Below are positions 17,040 through 23,892 of a DNA stretch of 36,524 nucleotides, one piece after another. The stretch covers positions 1 to 36,524 of the IMG/VR virus record IMGVR_UViG_3300012667_000174; one strand, 5' to 3'. The DNA comes from a virus. Taxonomy: Duplodnaviria; Caudoviricetes. A program made the position numbers and the translations under genes. The notes below the pieces were generated by a model. That model was not told where the DNA came from, did no database searches, and saw only the letters and a program-made list of their open reading frames with translations. The stretch's first letter is position 1. Each line of letters starts with the position of its first letter.

Positions 17040-17045
17040 GGTCAA

Positions 17046-17123
17046 TGGGGAGTAACACTATTAGTTTGGATAGCTAAGACCTCAATATCTTGTGATTATT
17101 TTATTGAACCGTGTTATTCCCCA
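17046..17123 (+). ncRNA. Predicted structured intergenic RNA element (three-way junction)
   Basis: 13-bp stem TGGGGAGTAACAC/GTGTTATTCCCCA enclosing hairpins TTAGTT/AGCTAA and TCAATA/TATTGA. Confidence 0.45.
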
Positions 17124-17141
17124 CCAATTAAGGAGATAGTT

Positions 17142-17663
17142 ATGGAATTTAAAACATCAAAGAAATGTTATTTACAGTCGATTATTGCAGTACGTAGACG
17201 TATCAAAATACTTGAGTTGTTACAAGATAAAATATTAACAACAAAACAGATTACAACAGAACTAGACGAGAAAGCAGCACGTATTATTGAGGATATGCAA
17301 CGATTAAAGCATGAAGGATATGTGATTGCAGACCATAAAGGTAACTGTCCTCTAGGTAAGAAGCAGTCATTCTTCTATAAAAAGACTAAAAAGAAATACT
17401 ATGGTTACGAGTTTATTGCTTCTATTGAGATGAACGCTGACTTAGAAACTGCGTTAAAAGAATACAAATCTCAAATCAAGATTAACATTAACAATGATAA
17501 GCCAGGCAAAGATGTCTACATTAAAGTAGAAGGCAATCCTAACGCTACTATTGTAATGAACTCTAACAGACCTGCTGGGTTCTATGCTTATCAAAAACCG
17601 AAGCCACAAGTTAATAGAGGCATTGGCAGTACATTCTCTTTATATGATGGAGCTACGCTATGA
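17142..17663 (+). CDS. Winged-HTH DNA-binding protein (putative)
   Basis: RRIKILELLQDKILTTKQITTELD....IIEDMQRLKHEGYV pattern; AAGGAG RBS. Confidence 0.65.
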   Translation: MEFKTSKKCYLQSIIAVRRRIKILELLQDKILTTKQITTELDEKAARIIEDMQRLKHEGYVIADHKGNCPLGKKQSFFYKKTKKKYYGYEFIASIEMNADLETALKEYKSQIKININNDKPGKDVYIKVEGNPNATIVMNSNRPAGFYAYQKPKPQVNRGIGSTFSLYDGATL

Positions 17664-17923
17664 AACATAAATGGCATAAAGAAATAAAAGCATGGGCTGA
17701 TGGTGCAGAGATTGAAGCTAAATGGAATGTTACTCAATCTGGATGGTTTGTAGACCCAATTCCAAGATGGAATAATGATGAGTGGGAATATCGCATTAAA
17801 CCACAGCCTAAAGAGCCACAGTATTTGTATGTGTATCAAGACATAGGAGAATTAGTATTAGAAAGAAGCAATACGCTTGTTTTGGATATGAATTTGATAG
17901 GCAAAATTAAACTAGAGGATTAA
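17660..17923 (+). CDS. Hypothetical phage protein
   Basis: HKWHKEIKAWADGAEIE...P.W...EYRIKP pattern seen in phage early regions; ATGA overlap. Confidence 0.75.
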   Translation: MKHKWHKEIKAWADGAEIEAKWNVTQSGWFVDPIPRWNNDEWEYRIKPQPKEPQYLYVYQDIGELVLERSNTLVLDMNLIGKIKLED

Positions 17924-17925
17924 TC

Positions 17926-18213
17926 ATGGAAGTTATCAAACAGATTTTAGTTAAACAAACGTATGACGAAAGATTGAAATATAATGAATATCTACGCAAG
18001 GTTGAAGAAGTTAAGTTTGAGATGGCAGAGCGTTATAGATTGCATCCTAACAACTTTATTACAAAGGAAAACAGGAATGACGATTTTAGAGATTGTAACG
18101 TGCCTCTTTATCTGTGCAGGAATCGTGCGACATTGGTAGAAGATTGGGATGAGAAGCGTATAGATACTATTGGTTCAAACGGCAACGAGGGCTATCATTA
18201 TGGTGAACTATAG
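17926..18213 (+). CDS. Hypothetical protein
   Basis: GAGGA RBS; C-terminal WDEKRIDTIGSNGNEGYHY segment. Confidence 0.65.
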   Translation: MEVIKQILVKQTYDERLKYNEYLRKVEEVKFEMAERYRLHPNNFITKENRNDDFRDCNVPLYLCRNRATLVEDWDEKRIDTIGSNGNEGYHYGEL

Positions 18214-18373
18214 CGATAAACACTATGAGCTGCTTGCCACGACCATTAAACGCTACTTAAAAGGTGCTGGTGATAATATTACATTAGTCGAGCTAGGTAA
18301 AGCGATTAACATGATTGTAGAGATGGTTGAGCGTGAGTCTATGAGAGATATGCGTGAGGAACATAACAAGTGA
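18170..18373 (+). CDS. Hypothetical protein (true start probably the ATG at 18200)
   Basis: ORF fills the gap in the early operon; GAGGG lies upstream of the ATG at 18200. Confidence 0.6.
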   Translation: MVQTATRAIIMVNYSDKHYELLATTIKRYLKGAGDNITLVELGKAINMIVEMVERESMRDMREEHNK

Positions 18374-18477
18374 ATTTAATTATTGAGTACGTATTATGTT
18401 ATAGCACAGCGTTCTTTCTAGGCTTTGCCTGCGGAATTGCAATTTATCATTTTTACAGGGAAAAAGTAAATGGATAA
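18370..18477 (+). CDS. 35-aa single-TM peptide (not in ORF track)
   Basis: GTG start, MNLIIEYVLCYSTAFFLGFACGIAIYHFYREKVNG; GAGGA RBS; GTGA overlap. Confidence 0.6.
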   Translation: MNLIIEYVLCYSTAFFLGFACGIAIYHFYREKVNG

Positions 18478-18613
18478 TAAGTTACTAGCAGTATGTTTGG
18501 TGTTTTCTTTTATTACAGGTCTTTACACAGCAGTTATGGTAACTAAAGATAGAGGTTGTACTGTTACCTATTCTAAAGACAATGAAGTTCATGTGATGGT
18601 GGGAAGATTATGA
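18470..18613 (+). CDS. 47-aa membrane-anchored peptide (not in ORF track)
   Basis: MDNKLLAVCLVFSFITGLYTAVMVTKDRGCTVTYSKDNEVHVMVGRL; ATGA overlap with the next gene. Confidence 0.6.
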   Translation: MDNKLLAVCLVFSFITGLYTAVMVTKDRGCTVTYSKDNEVHVMVGRL

Positions 18614-18819
18614 GTGCATTAAATACGCAAGAAGGTGGAAGTCATTACAAAGATATGCTGATACAGCCAGTTGAGTTTATTGTAAAGAATAACTTGGCTT
18701 TCTTAGAGGCAAACGTGATTAAATATGTTTGCAGACATAGAAACAAAAACGGCATTGAGGACTTAAACAAGGCTATTCATTATTTAGAGCTAGCGAAGGA
18801 ATTGTATTATGGCGATTAA
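18610..18819 (+). CDS. DUF3310 / T7 gp1.7-like nucleotide kinase family protein
   Basis: QEGGSHYK...IQPVEFI...FLEANVIKYVCRHRNKNGIEDLNKAIHYLE motif. Confidence 0.88.
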   Translation: MSALNTQEGGSHYKDMLIQPVEFIVKNNLAFLEANVIKYVCRHRNKNGIEDLNKAIHYLELAKELYYGD

Positions 18820-18997
18820 CGATATTACAGGTGACAATTTAATCAGCAGAACGCTGAGTAAAGAAGGTGAAGAACAGTTTGATAAGATTTTTGGGAAAAG
18901 ACGGACAAATGGCGGATGGAAGCCACCTTCAATTGACGATGCTTATGAGCAAGAAGAAAAGTTAGAAAGAATTAATAAAAATTTAGAAGGTGATTGA
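18809..18997 (+). CDS. Hypothetical phage protein
   Basis: NDITGDNLISR...FDKIFGK pattern; AAGGA RBS. Confidence 0.7.
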   Translation: MAINDITGDNLISRTLSKEGEEQFDKIFGKRRTNGGWKPPSIDDAYEQEEKLERINKNLEGD

Positions 18998-19022
18998 ACT
19001 TTTTATGAAAATGATGTCTAAT
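18994..19022 (+). promoter_or_regulatory. Putative sigma70 promoter for the HNH gene
   Basis: TTGAAC-17 nt-TCTAAT directly upstream of the structured leader. Confidence 0.45.
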
Positions 19023-19027
19023 ATAAC

Positions 19028-19107
19028 TGTAGGTCGCTGGGGAGCGAGCAAATTGTTGATGCTAACTCATTAACAAGCCTACATTACCCAATCAATGTTA
19101 GTTAGGA
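19028..19107 (+). ncRNA. Structured leader (three-way junction with possible RBS-occluding pseudoknot)
   Basis: TGTAGG/CCTACA closes hairpins TCGCT-GGGG-AGCGA and TTGTTGATG-CTAACT-CATTAACAA. Loop CTAACT is complementary to AGTTAG (19100-19105), which overlaps the AGGA RBS. Confidence 0.55.
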
Positions 19108-19113
19108 CACATC

Positions 19114-19584
19114 ATGGCTTATAAAGTAAAACCAATAGATTACGAAGAAATTTCTGAAGCTGTATATTACAAAGATGGATTGTTGTTTTGGAAAAAGAAT
19201 GACAAACCTGCTGGTACTACAACAGTAGCAGGATATTCAAAAGTTCAAATAAATAAAATTGTTTATAGTACTCATAGATTAGTATGGGTATTGTTTAATA
19301 AAGAAATACCTTTAGATAAACAAATAGACCACATAGATAGAAATCCAAGTAACAATAAAATTGAAAACTTAAGATTGGTTGATGCAGTTTCTAACGCTTT
19401 AAATAAAAAATGCAGAATGAGCAATACAGGAATTAGAGGCGTAAGCAAAGACCGTGATTATTACAAAGTAAGTTTTACCGTAAAAGGCAAATCAATTCAC
19501 GTTGGAAATTTTAAAAAGTTTGAAGAAGCTAAGAAAGTAGCAGAAGAATATTATAGTAAAATAGTTGAAGATGCATTTGCATAA
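19114..19584 (+). CDS. HNH homing endonuclease with AP2-like domain
   Basis: THRLVWVLFN...IDHIDRNPSNNKIENLRLV; NTGIRGVS...HVGNFKKFEEA. Confidence 0.92.
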   Translation: MAYKVKPIDYEEISEAVYYKDGLLFWKKNDKPAGTTTVAGYSKVQINKIVYSTHRLVWVLFNKEIPLDKQIDHIDRNPSNNKIENLRLVDAVSNALNKKCRMSNTGIRGVSKDRDYYKVSFTVKGKSIHVGNFKKFEEAKKVAEEYYSKIVEDAFA

Positions 19585-19589
19585 ATAAG

Positions 19590-19613
19590 AAAGCCCCAGT
19601 TACGGGGCTTTTT
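19590..19613. terminator. Intrinsic terminator at the convergence of the two transcription directions (probably bidirectional)
   Basis: AAAGCCCC-AGTTAC-GGGGCTTT with a T-run on the + strand and an A-rich tract on the other side. Confidence 0.85.
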
Positions 19614-19614
19614 A

Positions 19615-19686
19615 CTATCGGTTCATCACGTATGCGGTGATTTCCATTCCAAAACGCATTTCAGTAGCTGCTGGTTTAGTCCACAT
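19615..19686 (-). CDS. pqqA: Pyrroloquinoline quinone precursor peptide PqqA (not in ORF track)
   Basis: Manual translation MWTKPAATEMRFGMEITAYVMNR: W-x-K-P leader, R-x-G-x-E-x-x-x-Y core, 23 aa. AAGGA RBS, tandem TAG TAA stops, then a terminator. Confidence 0.95.
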   Translation of the reverse strand: MWTKPAATEMRFGMEITAYVMNR

Positions 19687-19755
19687 AATAATTTCCTTTG
19701 TATGTAATATTTCGCAAAATATTCAACACAACGATTTTTGCATTGAATGTATTAC

Positions 19756-19764
19756 ATAGTATCA
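19756..19764 (-). promoter_or_regulatory. Putative extended -10 promoter for pqqA
   Basis: TG-A-TACTAT on the minus strand about 70 nt upstream of the pqqA ATG; poor -35. Confidence 0.5.
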
Positions 19765-19907
19765 GAAAAGTGGATTTTCAGCATCAGTAAAACCATTAAA
19801 ATAGGCTAGGATTATCATTAAACGCATTTTAAGTGGGCTATAGCGATACTTTGCATAAAACATAAGCTACGATACTAAACTTAAAAAATAATCGCTATAA
19901 ACACACG

Positions 19908-20354
19908 TTATTTTGACAAAAATAATGCAGCTTCATCTTTTCTACGATTATCCAACCCTTTTAGGATTTTACCACCTGCTTTATTGTATTTCAGGAGCGA
20001 TTCAATAGCACCTTCTTTATCTCCACGATTAAGTTTCTGACGAAGCGTGCTTTTCTGAAGTGTTCCCAAACCAAGATTAAAAGCAAAACTGACAAGAGCA
20101 TCAAACTCACCTTGTGTAAGTTGGATAGAAATATATTTCTCAATCCCTCGTTCAAATCGAGTGACATCTTTAGCGAGTATTGCATAAACTTCCTCTAAAC
20201 TGAAAGTACGATTCCAAGCATCAGGTAAAGACTTTCCATCGCCAATAAGATGACCAACACCAACAGTCCATAAACCAGCAGGACATTTATACGGTTTTTG
20301 TCGGACACCCTCATGGTGCGCTAACATCTTTAAACATTTTTCACTTGCTCTCAT
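19908..20354 (-). CDS. Endolysin, GH24 lysozyme
   Basis: HEGVRQKPYKCPAGLWTVGVGH catalytic region, FDALVSFAFNLG and GLDNRRKDE motifs. Confidence 0.95.
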   Translation of the reverse strand: MRASEKCLKMLAHHEGVRQKPYKCPAGLWTVGVGHLIGDGKSLPDAWNRTFSLEEVYAILAKDVTRFERGIEKYISIQLTQGEFDALVSFAFNLGLGTLQKSTLRQKLNRGDKEGAIESLLKYNKAGGKILKGLDNRRKDEAALFLSK

Positions 20355-20854
20355 TTTTTAAATGCCTGACCACCAAAGTAGAACGCAATGATAGAAGCAA
20401 AGATTTGTTGGCTTTCATCATCCCATAACAAGTTTAATGCAGTTTCAAATCCTACACCAGTATGAATAGCATAATAGAAACCAAATACATCAACGAAAGC
20501 TAATAAGAAAAACATACCATAAGTAATGCCTGGGCGAACCATAGCACGAGCATTGATAACCCATGTGCTTGCACCAATAGCAGAAGCCGTATCGTGAGCT
20601 AGTAAAGCCTCATGTTGTTTTAAGGCAAACTCTTGAGTACGTACTTCAGCATCTACTTTAAGTTCTTCTAAACGAATTTCCTCAACTTTTTGCTGTGCAA
20701 TAAGACCTTCCTTGTGCATAGCCATCTCACGCTCAATCTGCATATTAGCTAATGCGATTTCGTGCTTTTTATCTTTTGAATCTTGCCAAGCATCTAGTAG
20801 TTTTGGTAATCCACCCATCAAGAATGACAGGACTGTTGAAATCATGGTTAGCAT
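20351..20854 (-). CDS. Holin-like membrane protein (3TM-holin-like)
   Basis: Hydrophobic N-terminus, DKKHEIAL, RAMVRPGITY TM segment, C-terminal IIAFYFG; coupled to the endolysin. Confidence 0.7.
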   Translation of the reverse strand: MLTMISTVLSFLMGGLPKLLDAWQDSKDKKHEIALANMQIEREMAMHKEGLIAQQKVEEIRLEELKVDAEVRTQEFALKQHEALLAHDTASAIGASTWVINARAMVRPGITYGMFFLLAFVDVFGFYYAIHTGVGFETALNLLWDDESQQIFASIIAFYFGGQAFKK

Positions 20855-20855
20855 A

Positions 20856-21326
20856 TTAATTTCCTAATGGGTTTGTAGATGCACGTTGTAGTGCTTTCAT
20901 TTGTGCTTTGATACCTTCAATGCCTGATTTAACTTCTTCACGGACACCACCTAAAGCAGCTTGTGTTTCACGAGCGTTGCCATTAGCAATCGCTTTAGCT
21001 TCCATTGCCTCACCTTTAGCAGTAGAAGCCTTATCACTCACAGCTACTAACTGATTAGATGTAGCTACAGAAGCATCTTTAACTGTATTCACAGAAGTTT
21101 CTAAGCCTGATAATTTAATCTTTAACTCGTTAATCTGAGCCTTAACTTCAGTATCGTCATAAGGTTTAGCTTCTTCAATCGCTTCAGTCGCTGAAATAAC
21201 CCGATTGTAGGTAGTAATTCCTACGTAGATTGCCCCAGAGCCTGTCGTTACGACTCCTAAAAGAATCGCCCACATCGTTGTCGGTGAGAAGTTGAAGTAA
21301 GAAGTCTGTGTTTCCTCTGAACTCAT
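20856..21326 (-). CDS. Single-TM coiled-coil protein
   Basis: N-terminal TM (MWAILLGVVTTGSGAIYVGI), long heptad pattern, C-terminal NPLGN. Confidence 0.7.
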   Translation of the reverse strand: MSSEETQTSYFNFSPTTMWAILLGVVTTGSGAIYVGITTYNRVISATEAIEEAKPYDDTEVKAQINELKIKLSGLETSVNTVKDASVATSNQLVAVSDKASTAKGEAMEAKAIANGNARETQAALGGVREEVKSGIEGIKAQMKALQRASTNPLGN

Positions 21327-22239
21327 TAGATAGCTCCTGTGTGTAATCTAAGTTAGTTTGTAATTGTTGTTGTTGAAATTCCATAGGCTTGTTTAATATC
21401 TCTAAGGACATAACAAGACCAAAGCCAGGTACTAAGTCCTTGCCTTTAGGTACTTCAATCTTTGTATCAGTTTTTGTTTCTTTTGTTTGTGTAGGACTAG
21501 CAACAGTCGGTGATGATGACGTACTTACGCTTCCAGATGACTGTGTCTTTGGTGCTTCCGCTTTTGGTGCTTCCACTTTCGGTATTTCCGCTTTTGGCAT
21601 CTCCGGTGGTTGTGCTTCCATTGGTGGAGGTGCTGGTGGTGGAGGTGGTGCTTCCGGTGGAGGAGGCGGTGGTATTATCGGACTCGCTGGATTTACTGGA
21701 CTGCTGACATTCGTTGGGTTTGTTACTGACTTCACACAACTGTTTTGAATCTCTACCCATTGACCAAAAATAGGTTGACCGTAAGGGTCTGGACATGACG
21801 ATACCCTTTGCTCTGAAATTGAACCTGTGTAACCATCGCTACACGCTACTTGTCTTTCTTCAATGCTTGTTTGACAAGTTGGAGGGTCTGGCGAGCAATT
21901 GTTAGAAGTTGTAACCCAATCATCCCAAGTTTCGCTAGAACATTGGTAAGTACGGCTTTGATTGATAGCACCTGAGTAATGCACAGGACAACTAATGCTT
22001 TGAGTTTCAGTACGAGTGGTACAAGTTGGTTGAACTGGTTGTTGAGTTCCGCAAATTGGGTCTTGAGGGCGGTAAGGACACCACGCAATTGCAAGAGCTT
22101 CTGAGTTAGATATGCCGTTACAGACGAGATTAGTGACCCAACCTTCTGGACTAGGCGTGTAAGAACAGTACCAAGCATAAGCGTTTCCTTTAAATAATAT
22201 TATGAATAACAGACCAGCCGTTTTTATTAGATTTAGCAT
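21184..22239 (-). CDS. Exported Cys-rich repeat protein with Pro-rich linker
   Basis: Signal peptide ending AYA; two C-x-x-x-Y-[ST]-G-x-I...R...C...W...N-x-C repeats; poly-Pro and EAPK repeats. Confidence 0.75.
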   Translation of the reverse strand: MLNLIKTAGLLFIILFKGNAYAWYCSYTPSPEGWVTNLVCNGISNSEALAIAWCPYRPQDPICGTQQPVQPTCTTRTETQSISCPVHYSGAINQSRTYQCSSETWDDWVTTSNNCSPDPPTCQTSIEERQVACSDGYTGSISEQRVSSCPDPYGQPIFGQWVEIQNSCVKSVTNPTNVSSPVNPASPIIPPPPPPEAPPPPPAPPPMEAQPPEMPKAEIPKVEAPKAEAPKTQSSGSVSTSSSPTVASPTQTKETKTDTKIEVPKGKDLVPGFGLVMSLEILNKPMEFQQQQLQTNLDYTQELSNEFRGNTDFLLQLLTDNDVGDSFRSRNDRLWGNLRRNYYLQSGYFSD

Positions 22240-22801
22240 ATCTCATCAATGTTGTTCTAGGAGTGTTAGTTTTAATACTAGCTTCTTTTGAACCATTATA
22301 TTTAACTCCATCTTTTATATAAATTGTTGTGGTTTTAAATTGAGTTGCTATACATTTTGGATTTGTTAAAGATGCTATTCTTTGCTTTTGTTTTGCTTCT
22401 ATAGTGTGCTTATGACCAAGTGTATATTTATTTCCTTTTAAAGCATTGCTGATTTTTATTTTTGATTCAAATGAATGTTTGTAATCTTTAGAAAAGCCAT
22501 AATTTGTTTTAACTGAATTAAGCATAAAGCTACAATCTAATGCTTTTAACATTGCTGCTTCTAAATTTATTGCTAATTCATAATCATCAGTTGTATAAAT
22601 AACAGAATATTCTAATGAGTCAAATCCATATTTATTGCAACATCTTTGCAATTGAACACAATGATGTTTATTATTTTTTAAATGACTTTTATGCTCACGC
22701 CATCTTTCTTCTATATTTTTTGATACTCCAATATAGAATTTATCATTTGCTTTGCATTTTATTACATACACACCTATCATTTTATTCCTTAGCAGAATCA
22801 C
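22190..22801 (-). CDS. GIY-YIG homing endonuclease with NUMOD3-like DNA-binding motifs
   Basis: GVYVI...FYIGVSKNIEERWREH; HSFESKIKIS and HTIEAKQKQ; very AT-rich. True start may be the ATG at 22780. Confidence 0.92.
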   Translation of the reverse strand: MILLRNKMIGVYVIKCKANDKFYIGVSKNIEERWREHKSHLKNNKHHCVQLQRCCNKYGFDSLEYSVIYTTDDYELAINLEAAMLKALDCSFMLNSVKTNYGFSKDYKHSFESKIKISNALKGNKYTLGHKHTIEAKQKQRIASLTNPKCIATQFKTTTIYIKDGVKYNGSKEASIKTNTPRTTLMRYAKSNKNGWSVIHNII

Positions 22802-23273
22802 GCAATGGAGTAACTAAGACAAAATCTTTTCCATAAAGTTTTTCATACCAATCAGGATGAAGTTTGTACCATGCGTGACGTGCTGCATCTCCTATTGCTC
22901 CACCAATTGGACATGGACTGCCCGATTGCTCCATAGCCTCCCATACTGCATGGTCAGCAGCACAAGCAACGCTTACAGCAGCTACTTTAAGACCACCATC
23001 ATGTAAGAACTTTGCCCACTTTAATTTAACGCAGTTAGTATCTGTTAGCATTGTGCCACCAGCAAATGAGAATACTCCACCATTGACTGCACCACTTACA
23101 CCAATACCACATACATCTTGAGAGAAAGCTGACATACTCGGTGCCATAGCACTTGGTACAGGCTGACCTTTATAGTTGATTGTTGTTTCATCAGCAAATG
23201 CGTAATGACATACAAAAGAATACAAAATGACGTTTAAAGCTAACAGCCACCAAATTAATCTAATCCCTCGCAT
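22782..23273 (-). CDS. Exported Cys-containing protein
   Basis: Signal peptide ending AFA, PVPSAMAPS...QDVC...DTNC...SPCPIGG; start revised to the ATG at 23273 (GGAGG RBS). Confidence 0.75.
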   Translation of the reverse strand: MRGIRLIWWLLALNVILYSFVCHYAFADETTINYKGQPVPSAMAPSMSAFSQDVCGIGVSGAVNGGVFSFAGGTMLTDTNCVKLKWAKFLHDGGLKVAAVSVACAADHAVWEAMEQSGSPCPIGGAIGDAARHAWYKLHPDWYEKLYGKDFVLVTPLRDSAKE

Positions 23274-23409
23274 CAAAATCCTCCATATCAACAATACCAA
23301 TCATATCTTCATCAGCAGGGTTACATTCACCACATACACCTAAATCAGGTTCTGCATCATCGTAGTTATACGGAGTGCCACAGCACTCACAAACACCAAC
23401 TCTAATCAT
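23260..23409 (-). CDS. 49-aa Zn-ribbon-like acidic protein (not in ORF track)
   Basis: MIRVGVCECCGTPYNYDDAEPDLGVCGECNPADEDMIGIVDMEDFDARD; two CxxC pairs. Confidence 0.7.
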   Translation of the reverse strand: MIRVGVCECCGTPYNYDDAEPDLGVCGECNPADEDMIGIVDMEDFDARD

Positions 23410-23423
23410 AATTAACGCCCATT

Positions 23424-23443
23424 AAAAAAGCCCCGAAGGGCTT
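23424..23443 (-). terminator. Intrinsic terminator
   Basis: Minus strand AAGCCC-TTCG-GGGCTT followed by a T-run, right after the endonuclease-like ORF. Confidence 0.8.
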
Positions 23444-23448
23444 ATGTG

Positions 23449-23859
23449 TTACTCAAGTAATTTACGAAGTTTAGAGCGCAGTCCACGCCTACAATTTTCA
23501 TGAAAGGGTATCCATTCCATATTGCTAATTTCATATCCAAGTGATGAGTCAATTCTATCTACAGAAGGAGTTAATCGCCTTTCGTAGTTTGAATCTTCCC
23601 ATAATTTAAATAGTTCATGAAATGTTGCATTATTATTAGACCACTCATAAAAGTCATCACGACCAAGCAATGACTTTCCTTCATATAAATGTATTTTAAG
23701 TTTTTGAACGCCTGTAACTCTTGATTGCATATTTCTATACAATCTAACAAGAAAACCTTTTTTTGTTTTCTCGTATTTTTTAGTACAAGCGTTTCCGTTT
23801 AACTTTCTTTTTTCTCTTTGCCAAGCATTTTTTTCTTCTCGATTCATCACAAGCTCCAA
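23449..23859 (-). CDS. Divergent HNH-like endonuclease (putative)
   Basis: PSVDRIDSSLGYEISNMEWIPFHEN motif (DRID...GY...N..W.....N), basic N-terminus. Confidence 0.65.
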   Translation of the reverse strand: MELVMNREEKNAWQREKRKLNGNACTKKYEKTKKGFLVRLYRNMQSRVTGVQKLKIHLYEGKSLLGRDDFYEWSNNNATFHELFKLWEDSNYERRLTPSVDRIDSSLGYEISNMEWIPFHENCRRGLRSKLRKLLE

Positions 23860-23892
23860 TTAAAACATTGAAGTCATGATTATTGCACATAA

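Noticed and set aside
19028-19083. Hammerhead ribozyme or c-di-GMP riboswitch
   Set aside because: No CUGAnGA/GAAA core on either strand, and the GEMM tetraloop-receptor features are missing.
22190-22801. Group I intron around the GIY-YIG gene
   Set aside because: The ORF overlaps both neighbours, leaving no room for a ribozyme core, and no P7-type sequences were seen.
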